Assembly (NCBI GenBank): GCA_028706165.1
Contig: JAQWBY010000001.1
Location: forward strand, 1-46,509
Length of the DNA: 46,509 bases
Source of the DNA: Lentisphaeria bacterium
Lineage (GTDB): Bacteria > Verrucomicrobiota > Lentisphaeria > Oligosphaerales > Oligosphaeraceae
Direction of reading: 5' to 3'
In this document: positions 18,901 through 27,629 of the stretch, piece by piece
How positions within the stretch are numbered: the first letter of the stretch is position 1
How the letters are laid out: the number at the start of each line of letters is the position of its first letter
Notes under the pieces: generated by a model
Seen by the model: only the letters and a program-made list of their open reading frames with translations
The model's database searches: none
Told to the model about the DNA's origin: nothing
Program-made: the position numbers and the translations under genes

Positions 18901-20001
18901 AAACCACCATTTGCCGGTGGCCGTGCCGTCCCGGGTCAACTCGCGGTCTTGAAACACCTGATTCCAGCCAGTCTCAATGGCGTTGAAATCACCCATCAGG
19001 CGCGGCCCGGCCGGGCCATCCAGCGCCACGTCGTCAAGATGCAACGCCGTGCCGGCGGGCAGATTCACTGGCGCGTCCCAGCTCAGCTGGAATCCACTGA
19101 CCGCTCCCCAGCCCAGCGGCCGGCCCACGGTCTGAAAATCCTCCAGGCGGAGCTCCACGCGCTTCCAGCCAGTCCAGTCCAGAGTGACTGTCGCCTGATA
19201 ACGCCCGCCCTCGCCGGGAACGGCCCGGAGCGTCTGCGGTGGCAGGCCGCGACCAGGGCGATCACGCGGATCAACCAGCCAGCGCGGCTCGCGACGCGTC
19301 CGAATATGCTCGCTCAAGACATGCCGCGCCGACGCATAGTCGCCGGCCGCCAACGCCGCCTTGACCCCGGACAGCTCCGGACGGCCAAGGTTCAACAGCG
19401 CAAAAAATTCCTCATCCTGCAAACGCGGCCCGCGGACATTGGCAATGCCGGCGTCCTTGACCAGCCGGAGATTGCTGATGGTGATGACGTTGTCCGCATC
19501 GGGCGGATTTTTCCCGCTCCAGTCGCGGTGGAATTCCATGTAGTCAATCTGGTCCAGTCCGCGCGGCGACCGCACCCGGTGCATCTCCGCCAACGGCAAC
19601 ACCAGCTCGTGCGTGCCGGAGAAACGCGCCGGCAACGTAAACAAAAAGTAGTCCGGTCCGGGCAAATCCTGGTTGTGAGAATAGATGATGAGCGAATAGT
19701 GCCCGGCCAGGGGCTGCCGACAGGACACGGTCAGTGCCAACGCCTGGTAGGCACTCCAGTCCGTCGGCAGGCGCCGCAGCGCCACTCGCGGCTGGTCGCG
19801 AAAAACATGCACAAGCTGCCCCCGGTCATCTATCGTCTGCAAGGCCCCGGCCGGCGTAATCCTCGCCGATCGCAAATCGAAAAGCAGCTCACCATCACCC
19901 GCGTCCGCCTGCCCCGCCTGCGGCGTCTGCCCCACCGCTGCCAGCCCCGCCAGCCAAGTTACTGCCATCATGACAACGAACGCCTTTCTCTTGCCTATCA
20001 T
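15985..20001 (-). CDS. Secreted heparinase II/III-like polysaccharide lyase with accessory beta-sandwich modules and a C-terminal CBM6/35-like module
   Basis: Signal peptide, EWNAQLNRH, GNW, YPDGLQYELALGY, YVMRSGW, HIHQDKL and AHNAVLVDG. C-terminal IQAEDF..WLEY..LNLD. AGGAG RBS before ATG 20001. Confidence 0.82.
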   Translation of the reverse strand: MIGKRKAFVVMMAVTWLAGLAAVGQTPQAGQADAGDGELLFDLRSARITPAGALQTIDDRGQLVHVFRDQPRVALRRLPTDWSAYQALALTVSCRQPLAGHYSLIIYSHNQDLPGPDYFLFTLPARFSGTHELVLPLAEMHRVRSPRGLDQIDYMEFHRDWSGKNPPDADNVITISNLRLVKDAGIANVRGPRLQDEEFFALLNLGRPELSGVKAALAAGDYASARHVLSEHIRTRREPRWLVDPRDRPGRGLPPQTLRAVPGEGGRYQATVTLDWTGWKRVELRLEDFQTVGRPLGWGAVSGFQLSWDAPVNLPAGTALHLDDVALDGPAGPRLMGDFNAIETGWNQVFQDRELTRDGTATGKWWFPDLYPDAVCRRYPADWSGYGTVAFWVHVPAPACGRLVVKVMSAAPNTVRADEILSRTFTIGSFRDHPYAFGKRIDWSCNAMSDGESRTVEWNAQLNRHFHFQYLTKAWWETGEEKYAAELAEQMNGWIEDNPVLLLRSGNSPYHHAWETLNTGIRLHASWPNALAHCLEAKAFTDDIIINILKSQVEQVRHLLRWPSTGNWLTAEAWGVYVTGLLYPEFTEAAAWRQYGIDSLYRQLQEEVYPDGLQYELALGYSNWTLQEFTDLYDAAVLNGMEHELPADYASRLEKMYVYLMANVMPGAVAFALNDAGNGNVKRRLMDGYRLFKRPEFLYAATDGQAGEPPATDSFGQEWVGHYVMRSGWHPQANVLHMDAGLLGRAHIHQDKLTLALAAYGQQLLVDGGVTMYDKSRWRAYQLLTRAHNAVLVDGMDQFGEDTTNARVWPLPWVGKRPAGSDTLWHSSPGVDYCQGWWKGRWREYVDSQNPATSATRFLDTVQHRRAVLFIKPGLWVVHDTLFASDQEPHTAEVLYHIDAETAVVDSDGGVAILATNKDRAGLRLAARPQDGLAVAIVTGKMEPPVQGWSANVKRNRQKGIPMSAVPTAIFQQSWQGRSDVVTIVQPFPATETRNTRCLAMACSPEAQAARIEVGAEEAYVWLHNDVPGKAVQAGADGQGGPALLETDGQAAVAGGTGASFRLLLIHGRRVAGPGYAASAGEPTTLAVLAASEQTLVVSTDRTTDVALSLAQVPAAGLSLHALDRRGARVSPVAFTRGADGALTWKASAGQEYELTWGGDSVLAMREAEQRVAAGLLPLPVRELPSLPAAPAGVSILIQAEDFAAQGGGRVTVTDAKTAADGRAFLNWDKTGHWLEYAVTVPADGAYPLHIRHCSLGPTAVRAIMVNGYCPHADLTKLEFPETGGWSSGQDNWAWTTVADAKGRPFLFHLRQGQQLIRFVNCGNSLNLDSFCFGERPK

Positions 20002-20083
20002 GCGATCACGTCTCCTGTCAGGCTTGTACCTTGCCATCAATCCGCAGCTTGCGTCACAGGTACCTATTTCGGGGGTAGAGCGG

Positions 20084-20431
20084 ATAGCTCCGCCGATAAC
20101 GCATCGGCGTCATCGGTCACCCATTAAAAATGGCGGCCAAACATACCGCCGATGTCAATCCCAGGTAAGCACGTGAGTTCCATTGCCCCTTTTGCCCCAG
20201 TCAGCTTCGCCGACAGGGGCAAAAGGGGCCGAGGAACACGAACATGGTCGCCGTTGTACCCAGGGCGGCGCACGCTTTCAGCGTGCTTGCCCTGGGCTGG
20301 TATGTTTCGCGCTTTCAGCGCTTCTGCCGCTTCGCGGCCAGGGAAACGGGCACGTTTGACTTAGCCAGAAGCTCTATGGCTCAATTAACAATGGGTGACC
20401 GATAACGCATCGGCGTCATCGGCGGAGCTAT
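20084..20431. repeat. 348-bp composite non-coding element bounded by 42-bp inverted palindromic units (REPIN/MITE-like)
   Basis: Units at 20084-20125 and 20390-20431 enclose a family A hairpin (20185-20229) and a family B repeat (20259-20338). Confidence 0.75.
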
Positions 20432-20456
20432 GCAGAACTATATCATTGGGCGGCTC

Positions 20457-21842
20457 TTATTTGTTTGTCGCCGTGGGAAAGAGCTTTGCCTCAATGTTGA
20501 TAAAGGCATTCACCAGTTCGTCGTGCATATTGGCATATGGCAGACGCCCCTGCATGAATGGTACCCTGGTTGCGGCGTAGCCACCGCTGCGGGTTGACTT
20601 TTTCGCCTCTTCGAGTGACTGCCGATCCGGCGCATAGCCGTAGGCGCCGTTACTTAGACTCATCACCATGGGCATCGGCGCACGCGACTTGGACACCGTC
20701 TCATTCTTGATGGCCTGCATGATTTCAAATGGCGCGCCCAAAAACGCCAGGGGCCCCAGACGGATACCTTGGACCTCCGCCGTGACGCTCAGCTTCTCGT
20801 CCGATTCCAGCAGCGCCATCATTTTTTTGACGCCGAGGTAATTCACGGTCGCCATCCGCACCTCGTACGCATCGTCGTTGGCTAGGGGCGTGTGCAGCAC
20901 TTTTTCAAATTCTTCCTGCAATTCTTTCAGGTGTTCCATTGTATAGTCCGAGCGGGTAGAGAATTCAACGGGTTGCGAGATGGTCGCCAAGTCTTTGATT
21001 TCCAGGGGTGTGGCGGCGGCTAATCCCTTGCGGATCGCGTTGGCAAAGCGGGCAGCGAACACGTCCAGGGCCAGCAGCGATTCATTTTCCCCCTTATGGA
21101 CGCAGCCGCTATTGACATCGCCCTGGGCGCCCTGCAGAAAGACGCCGATAGAGCCGGGGCATTCGCGCATCAGGTTATGGATGGCGATGGCGGGGTAATC
21201 GCCGTGGATGAAGTGATTTTGCTGGCAGCAGACGACAGGGTGACAGCCGAAATAGGCCATAAAGCCCTTCAGTTCGCCTTGCTTGTTGTCAAAACGGATG
21301 ACCCGGCATTCGGTATCGGTCAATTCCGGCTTGGCGGGTTCCCAGTCCTCCTTGAGCACATCGGCCAGCGGTGGAGCGTCACGGTCATAGACCCGATTCA
21401 AGCCGATATGCCGGCAAGGCACCAGCGCCGCAGAGACGGTCATCTCCTCCAGATTCTGAACGGCGAGAATGGCCGCCTCGGCAATTTTATAGGGAAGAAG
21501 TTCCATATAGGGCGGGTCAGGCGTACCCCAGCCACGATCGCTGAATACCGTCGATGGGCCGGAATGAGTGTGGCTCGTGGCAATCAAGATGTCCTGTTTC
21601 GTCAGGCCGGGGACCTTCGCGATGATGATGTCACGAATCTTTGCGCAGGTTTCCGCCTGCAAAGTACACAAATCGCAACCGACGATGACGGCCATTTTAC
21701 CGTCCAGCGCAAAGGCGGCGGCGCGGGCCTCGAGATAATCGCGCACGGCGACAGAGTGGCGGTTCAGGTAAGGGCCAAAGCCATAGAGACCGACGCCAAC
21801 CCGGGGGGTGATGTCATATTTCGCAAAACCAGCCTTCAACAT
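20457..21842 (-). CDS. Neutral/alkaline ceramidase-like amidohydrolase
   Basis: AGFAKYDITP, ATSHTHSGP, FGCHP, GDYP, FLQGAQGDVN and YGYAP. Its start overlaps the DegT stop. Confidence 0.82.
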   Translation of the reverse strand: MLKAGFAKYDITPRVGVGLYGFGPYLNRHSVAVRDYLEARAAAFALDGKMAVIVGCDLCTLQAETCAKIRDIIIAKVPGLTKQDILIATSHTHSGPSTVFSDRGWGTPDPPYMELLPYKIAEAAILAVQNLEEMTVSAALVPCRHIGLNRVYDRDAPPLADVLKEDWEPAKPELTDTECRVIRFDNKQGELKGFMAYFGCHPVVCCQQNHFIHGDYPAIAIHNLMRECPGSIGVFLQGAQGDVNSGCVHKGENESLLALDVFAARFANAIRKGLAAATPLEIKDLATISQPVEFSTRSDYTMEHLKELQEEFEKVLHTPLANDDAYEVRMATVNYLGVKKMMALLESDEKLSVTAEVQGIRLGPLAFLGAPFEIMQAIKNETVSKSRAPMPMVMSLSNGAYGYAPDRQSLEEAKKSTRSGGYAATRVPFMQGRLPYANMHDELVNAFINIEAKLFPTATNK

Positions 21843-23050
21843 TCGCACAGCTCCTTTCGGTTATCTGAGATTTTCCGGATGGCACTGGCGAGAGCATCGG
21901 CGTTGGCGAGATGATTCATATGCCAGTGCATCAGAACAAGCATCCGTTCAGAGAGACGTTCTGTGATCGGGCAGCCGCTGTTACGATAGTCCTCCTCGCG
22001 CAGATTGAACAGCAGGTGTTTGTAAACCGGCCCGTAGGTCCCATTGACGCCCAGGACGCCTTCTGACCGTATTGCCTGGGCGATGCGGGTTCTGGGGATG
22101 CCGTCCCATTCAGGGCCATCAAAGATCAGTCCGTAGGCATAATAACCCTGTGGCGAGGCCATGCGTCCAGGAGCCTGAGTGCGGAAGCCGGCAATGTCCC
22201 GGGTGAGCTCACGCAAGCGGTCGGTAAAGGCGTTGTAGCGATCGATGATTGCCGGCAGCCCGTCGAGTTGATCAAGCAGTATCTGCGCGGAGAAGGCGAG
22301 CCCGCGATAATTGTGGCAGAGTAGCTCGGGCGGTGGCGGGGTGCCGGCTTGGCCCTGCTGGTCATAGCGGGAATAGCCGATGTGCTTCGTCCGATAAAGC
22401 AGCTCGGCGAGTTTGTCATCGTTGGTCAGGCAGATGCCGCTTTCGCCGCCGCTGAGGGTCTTGCTTTGCTGAAAACTGAAGGAGCCGACGTCGCCCCAGG
22501 AACCGACGCCGCGATCACGCCACTTGCCACCCTGCATGTGAGCGCAATCCTCAATGACGGCAAGGTGATGCTTTTGCGCAATAGCGATGATTTGATCAAG
22601 GTCGGCCATGCCGCCATACAGATGAACGGGAATTACCGCTTTGGTCCGCGGGGTGATCTGCGCCTCAAAGGCAGCGGGGTCGAGGGCGGCCGTCATCGGA
22701 TCAATATCGGCAAAAACCACTTTGGCGCCGACGTATTTCACGGCGGCAGCCGTGGCGATCCAGGTCAATCCTGGCACGATCACTTCGTCGCCCGGGCCGA
22801 CGCCGAGGACCGTGAGGGCGCATTCCAGTGTCACGGTGCCATTGGTCATGAATATCCCATGTTTGGCACCGTGGTACGCCGCGAAAGCCTGCTCAAATTC
22901 CTGCTCCTTGGCGCTGTTGAATGACCATTCCCGGGACAGATAGAGTTGCTTGATCTTTTCGGCTGTCGCCTCGCATACCGGGGGCCACTTGGTTTCGATG
23001 AATTGTCCCGCAGCGATGGGCGTGCCGCCATTAATTGCCAGTTGCTTCAT
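21836..23050 (-). CDS. DegT/DnrJ/EryC1/StrS PLP aminotransferase (AHBA synthase / inosose aminotransferase-like subgroup)
   Basis: LAINGGTP, NGTVTL, VGPGDEVIVP, PVHLYG, EDCAH and SFSFQQSK (PLP lysine). AAGGAAGG RBS. Confidence 0.92.
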   Translation of the reverse strand: MKQLAINGGTPIAAGQFIETKWPPVCEATAEKIKQLYLSREWSFNSAKEQEFEQAFAAYHGAKHGIFMTNGTVTLECALTVLGVGPGDEVIVPGLTWIATAAAVKYVGAKVVFADIDPMTAALDPAAFEAQITPRTKAVIPVHLYGGMADLDQIIAIAQKHHLAVIEDCAHMQGGKWRDRGVGSWGDVGSFSFQQSKTLSGGESGICLTNDDKLAELLYRTKHIGYSRYDQQGQAGTPPPPELLCHNYRGLAFSAQILLDQLDGLPAIIDRYNAFTDRLRELTRDIAGFRTQAPGRMASPQGYYAYGLIFDGPEWDGIPRTRIAQAIRSEGVLGVNGTYGPVYKHLLFNLREEDYRNSGCPITERLSERMLVLMHWHMNHLANADALASAIRKISDNRKELCEC

Positions 23051-23304
23051 TGTCGTTTATCCTTCCTTTAGCTGTGCAATGACGTTGGCGATGTCAGTTT
23101 CAGTATGGGGTCTTCGCAACTCATATACGGCATTCTGACGGAGTGGCCGCTACGCCCGGCAGTGATCACCGATTTTCATATCGCTAATTACCCCTAATGT
23201 TTTTCACTAGCCTTGTTCAACGCCTGTAACCGAGGCTTTTTAGCGCCATCATAAGTAGGGTTTTGAAAATCTATAGGGGTGTTTCCGGAATATGAAAACG
23301 ATGC

Positions 23305-26175
23305 TTATTGGAACTGGTAGACATGCACGTCATAGGGTTTGAAGTCATCGGTGAGGAGGCCGTCTTGAACAGGGGCGCTTCGGTTTTCGAACAGGACCTT
23401 GGCAGTGGCTTTACCGGCCAGGCGGGCGTCCAGCCGGAAGCTGGCCCGGATGGGTTCGCGGGCGGAGCTGGCAACGAAGAGATAGGCGTTGCCCCGGTGG
23501 AATTTCAGGAGGGCGCTGATAGCGGGATGGCCCAGGCTGTCGGTGGCCGGGCCGCTGCCGATGGTCGGCGGTTCCAGCTGGGGCGGCGTCGGTTCGGTGA
23601 ACACCTCGCTCAGCTGGCTCAGCTGGGTGGCGACGGTGGCCATGTTGTTCCAGGTTTCCGGGGTGTCGGCCATGCCATGGTTCTTATCGAAGCCGCCGTA
23701 GGTGTACCAGGTGATGCCATGGGCGCCGTGAATGACGGCGAGGAAGCTCATGGCCCGCAACTCCGCAAAGGTCGGGAAGCGTTTCCAGCTGGACCAGCCC
23801 TGGAAGTATTGGATAATGGCCCAGATGGATTTCACCGGGTTGCCAGCGGACGCGAGGTTGGCGTGGACCAGTTGCATATCGCTGATGACCTTCGCCGGGC
23901 CGTCGGAATCAGCGTCGTGGATGGGGTAGATTTCGGGTAGGAAGGCATCGGTGGCGTGCACGTAGGGCAGGTAGTTCGGGGTGCCGGGCGTGCCGACCCC
24001 GTCGGCCTGCACGGTTAGGTGGCTCGGGTCGAGGTCGCGGATGGCCTGGTGCAGTTCGGTCAGGTCCTCCGGCGAGACGTGGCCGCTGGTGTCGTCGGCC
24101 AGATACCAGGCCAGGATAGCGGGATGCTTGTACTCGCGGGCGACCGTACGCAGATAGTTGCCGACCTGGGTGGAATTGGCGCCCGCATCCGACGCGACCC
24201 AGACCTTGAAGCCGTGCTTGACAGCTGCATCCAGAAATTCCTGGAAGTTCGCGTTGCGGGTGGAACTATAGGTATGAGCGAAATTGAATCCGGCCTTCTT
24301 GAGGTCGGCGAAGGCCTGGTCGAGGCTGTTGTTGTTGCACTCACGCTTGCAGACGGCATAGGCTCCGATGGGGAAGAACGGCTTGCCGTCGACCAGCACA
24401 AAGCCGTCGTCACGGAGGCTGACGATGTTTTGGGTCGGTGGTTCGTCAATAAGGACATGGCGTTCGGCTTGGACGCGATTGCCGGCCAAGTCGGCGGCGA
24501 TGATCTGGAATGTGTGGAGATTGGGTTCAAGAGACTTCTGCGGCGTGCCGCGCGGACCAGTCATGGCGACGTTCCGGATGTCCAAGTAATCATCGCCGCC
24601 TAGGTTGGGGTAGTCAAAGCCGAAACGGACCACGGCGCTGGCGGCGCCGGCTGGGGCGGTCATGCTCTGCTGGATGGTGGACCACTCGCCGGGCTGGCCA
24701 GAATGCAGGACCGGCAGGGGCGGTTCCAGGCTGGCACCCGCGGCATCCTGCCAGATGATTTTGCCAATGGCGAGGGCGCCGGATGCGCTACGCTTCAGAA
24801 GGCGGCGGCAGTCGCAGCGCAAGGTGTAGCTTTCGCCGGCGACGACCGGGCAAGACGGGCTGGTCAGGGAGAAGGCCGTGTCCTCGACAATTTTTTTACG
24901 GCTGACGCGGAGCGCGTCGGGGACGTCGGGCGGGGCCGTGAAGGTCAGGGCGTTGCGGTAGTTGGAGCGGGTCCAGTAGCGGACATGCATCTCAAAACCG
25001 GGCGGCTCCAGCGCCGCCGGTGGAGTGAAAGTGATGACGTCGCCGCTGCGCTGGCAATGGGGCATGATGTCATTGCCGTGATGGAACAGGCGAAGATTTT
25101 TCCAGTCGACACCAGTGTCGTCAACAAGGCGAAACGCGATGGGCGCAGTGGGGTCGGTAGTCAGGGACGGGGTGAGGCGGAGGATGGCCGGTGGGGTGAG
25201 ATCCTGCCCCGACCAGTTCTGGTCCGTTACGCTGCCCAGGGTGACGGATTTCAGGACGGGTGACTGGCCGTTTGCCGTCTTGAGGGTGGCGCGGTAGCGC
25301 GCCCAGCGGGCGGCCGGGGGCCAGTCCGGCAGTCTGGCACCAGGCTGCTTGGCGGCGGGGGCGGGGGTGGACCAGTCGGACCAACGGCCCGGCGAGCCGC
25401 CGTCGTCCGGAGCGCTGGCGACCTCGAGGGTGACGGCGGCGCCGGCGGGGATGTCGGCATCCCAGGCCAGGGGGCCAGTGAGCGGCAGGGGGAACGGCTT
25501 GGACACCACGTATCCCTCGGGATGATACGGGCTGTTGGGCGGCTGCGAGAGGAAGGTGACGCCAGTCAAGGCAAAGTAGCAACCGGCGACAATATTGGGG
25601 CTGTCGGCGCCAATGCGGATGACGGCAAAGGCGGCTTTTGCCGGAATGGTGCCGGTGATGGCGGTGGCAGTGGGCCGGTCCGGGGCGTTCCTGAAGGCAT
25701 AGGGCATCTCCGCCAGAATCTGCTGGTCCTGGTCTCGCCATTGGATACGGTTGTGGTAGGATACGTTATGGCCGCGGGCCCGGCTCATGTCCGTGTCACC
25801 CCGGGCGGTGATGATGTACGTGAAGGCGGCTCCGCCAGTGACCGCAAACGGCTCGGAGGTCAATTCAAACGCGGTGTCGGTCGGCGTGGGGGCATCCTTG
25901 GTGATGATCAAGGCCTTGACGCCGTCCAGCTCGCCATAGGTGAAGGTCAGCAGATTCTCAAAGTTGGTGAAGGGCAGCCACTTTCCGGAAGCGCCGCTGA
26001 AGTCGTCGGCAAACAGGGTCTGGCTGACGCGGCTAACCGTGACCTTGCCGTCCAGACAATCCACCTGGCGACACTCCACCAAGGCGCTGGTCGGCGACGA
26101 AGCGGCGTTCAGGAACGCAGCACCTGCACACAGCTGACCGATGACGGCGAGGCGAAACACGTGTTTGCTGATCAT
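23305..26175 (-). CDS. Secreted multi-domain protein: CBM-like beta-sandwiches plus a C-terminal glycoside-hydrolase-like TIM barrel
   Basis: Signal-like N-terminus and two related modules (DTAFELTSEPFAV and DTAFSLTSPSCPV), then LVDGKPFFPIGAY, AGFN, HPAILAWYLADD and IHGAHGITWY. Confidence 0.65.
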   Translation of the reverse strand: MISKHVFRLAVIGQLCAGAAFLNAASSPTSALVECRQVDCLDGKVTVSRVSQTLFADDFSGASGKWLPFTNFENLLTFTYGELDGVKALIITKDAPTPTDTAFELTSEPFAVTGGAAFTYIITARGDTDMSRARGHNVSYHNRIQWRDQDQQILAEMPYAFRNAPDRPTATAITGTIPAKAAFAVIRIGADSPNIVAGCYFALTGVTFLSQPPNSPYHPEGYVVSKPFPLPLTGPLAWDADIPAGAAVTLEVASAPDDGGSPGRWSDWSTPAPAAKQPGARLPDWPPAARWARYRATLKTANGQSPVLKSVTLGSVTDQNWSGQDLTPPAILRLTPSLTTDPTAPIAFRLVDDTGVDWKNLRLFHHGNDIMPHCQRSGDVITFTPPAALEPPGFEMHVRYWTRSNYRNALTFTAPPDVPDALRVSRKKIVEDTAFSLTSPSCPVVAGESYTLRCDCRRLLKRSASGALAIGKIIWQDAAGASLEPPLPVLHSGQPGEWSTIQQSMTAPAGAASAVVRFGFDYPNLGGDDYLDIRNVAMTGPRGTPQKSLEPNLHTFQIIAADLAGNRVQAERHVLIDEPPTQNIVSLRDDGFVLVDGKPFFPIGAYAVCKRECNNNSLDQAFADLKKAGFNFAHTYSSTRNANFQEFLDAAVKHGFKVWVASDAGANSTQVGNYLRTVAREYKHPAILAWYLADDTSGHVSPEDLTELHQAIRDLDPSHLTVQADGVGTPGTPNYLPYVHATDAFLPEIYPIHDADSDGPAKVISDMQLVHANLASAGNPVKSIWAIIQYFQGWSSWKRFPTFAELRAMSFLAVIHGAHGITWYTYGGFDKNHGMADTPETWNNMATVATQLSQLSEVFTEPTPPQLEPPTIGSGPATDSLGHPAISALLKFHRGNAYLFVASSAREPIRASFRLDARLAGKATAKVLFENRSAPVQDGLLTDDFKPYDVHVYQFQ

Positions 26176-26395
26176 GAGTGGACCCTCCAGTTGGATTCAA
26201 TCCCGAAACCATGGGTTGTGAGGGAAGAGAGTTGAAGAGGGCGAGAATCTGGCCGCGTGCGCCGCGGATTGCCCCGCGCCGTTTGCCGACCTTTGCCGCG
26301 CCGTTTGTGGCGCGGATGCAGTTAGATCCAATGGGTGAAAGCGTATAGAATTTCGGGACCAGACAGTGACATGAACAATCGTTATTGGTTAGCTG

Positions 26396-27100
26396 TCATT
26401 TACCTGTTCTCAATTGGTCAAAGATGCACTTGCTGCCGGGGAGATGCGGCTGGAATGACTCGTAGGCTTCGGCGTATGGGGTACGCGCCTTCAGGCCATG
26501 GCACAACGACTCGATGCGGTCCTGCCGGGCCATTCCAGGGCCGTTCTGGCATTCGTATTTGGAGACCAGAGCAAACTTCTTGTTCATAGCTGCTTCGTCC
26601 ATGGGAAAATAGTGTGTGGGGACGAAGCCGATGGAGTTGCTGGCATAGGCATAGAAATAGACTTCCGTCGCCACCTTTGTCATCTGGCCGCAAATGACGC
26701 CAGAAAAGAAGCGCAGGGCATTCAGGGCGATGGTGCCGCAGACCACATGATCCACATGACGGTCAATAGGCCACTGAGTGAAGATGGCCCGGGGCGGTTC
26801 GGCGATGAACATGTCCGTCAGCTCTTGGCAAGCCTGCTTGGACGCACAGGCTTCGCCGTCGATTTCATGCAGCCATACGGGTTTCAAGCCCATGGCAGCG
26901 CACACGGCCTCTTCCTCTTTCTCGCGGATGGCGGCACATTCTGCCATGGGTACGTGTTTGCTGTTTAGTCCGCGCTCACCGTGAGTCACGTCCACGACAT
27001 GCACTGCAAAACGTTCGTCCGCGCTGAGGTGCATACACAAACCCATGCAAGAAATCAAATCATCGGGATGGGCATTCACGAAATAGATATGTTCTTTCAT
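26396..27100 (-). CDS. PIG-L/LmbE-family N-deacetylase
   Basis: AHPDD metal motif, THGE, R..EE, DRHVDH and YAEAY. GGAGG RBS. Confidence 0.88.
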   Translation of the reverse strand: MKEHIYFVNAHPDDLISCMGLCMHLSADERFAVHVVDVTHGERGLNSKHVPMAECAAIREKEEEAVCAAMGLKPVWLHEIDGEACASKQACQELTDMFIAEPPRAIFTQWPIDRHVDHVVCGTIALNALRFFSGVICGQMTKVATEVYFYAYASNSIGFVPTHYFPMDEAAMNKKFALVSKYECQNGPGMARQDRIESLCHGLKARTPYAEAYESFQPHLPGSKCIFDQLRTGK

Positions 27101-27533
27101 CCTGCTGTCCTCCAGGCTGTTACAATATATTCAATCACCACTCCAGGGAAAACACTCGACTACTATATGACCTTATAGGCCCTCTGATAACGCAGGCATA
27201 CGACTTTCATGACCACAATCACATGAAACTGACGATTGATGAATTGCCTTCAATGGCATTAAGCAAACAGTCGCTCAGTTTCTACGCATAATGGCCAATG
27301 TTGTTCACAAAAACGGGAAGATGCACTTTTTCCTCCTTTTGAAGTTTTTTAGAACAAGCAAACGTATAGCCACAAGAAGACCAAGCGTCGCCAGGCGGCC
27401 ATCACCGGCGGCAGGAATACGGTCAAATTATCTGGCAACTGACAGCGCGGTAAATTTTGCCAAACTCCAAGCACCCTGCCGTGGCGCGCCGCCCTGGGTC
27501 ATGCGTCTTCCATGGCCGTGTTCATCGGCCTCG

Positions 27534-27566
27534 TCGGCCCCAGTCGGCGAAGTTGACCGGAACCGA
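27534..27566 (+). repeat. REP-like palindrome family A, degenerate copy 3
   Basis: TCGGCCCCAGTCGGC-GAA-GTTGACCGGAACCGA matches the core at 6995-7037. Confidence 0.65.
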
Positions 27567-27629
27567 AGAGGCAATTGAACGTACATGCCTGGTGCGCACC
27601 CCCAAGCTAGCATCGTTCGGGCTGAGCGC

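Noticed and set aside
4709-23183. Shared TTCATATCGC upstream of the DegT remnant (about 4709) and the intact DegT gene (about 23174) as an operator
   Set aside because: Only 10 bp, non-palindromic and in opposite orientation relative to the two genes. Too weak without a motif search.
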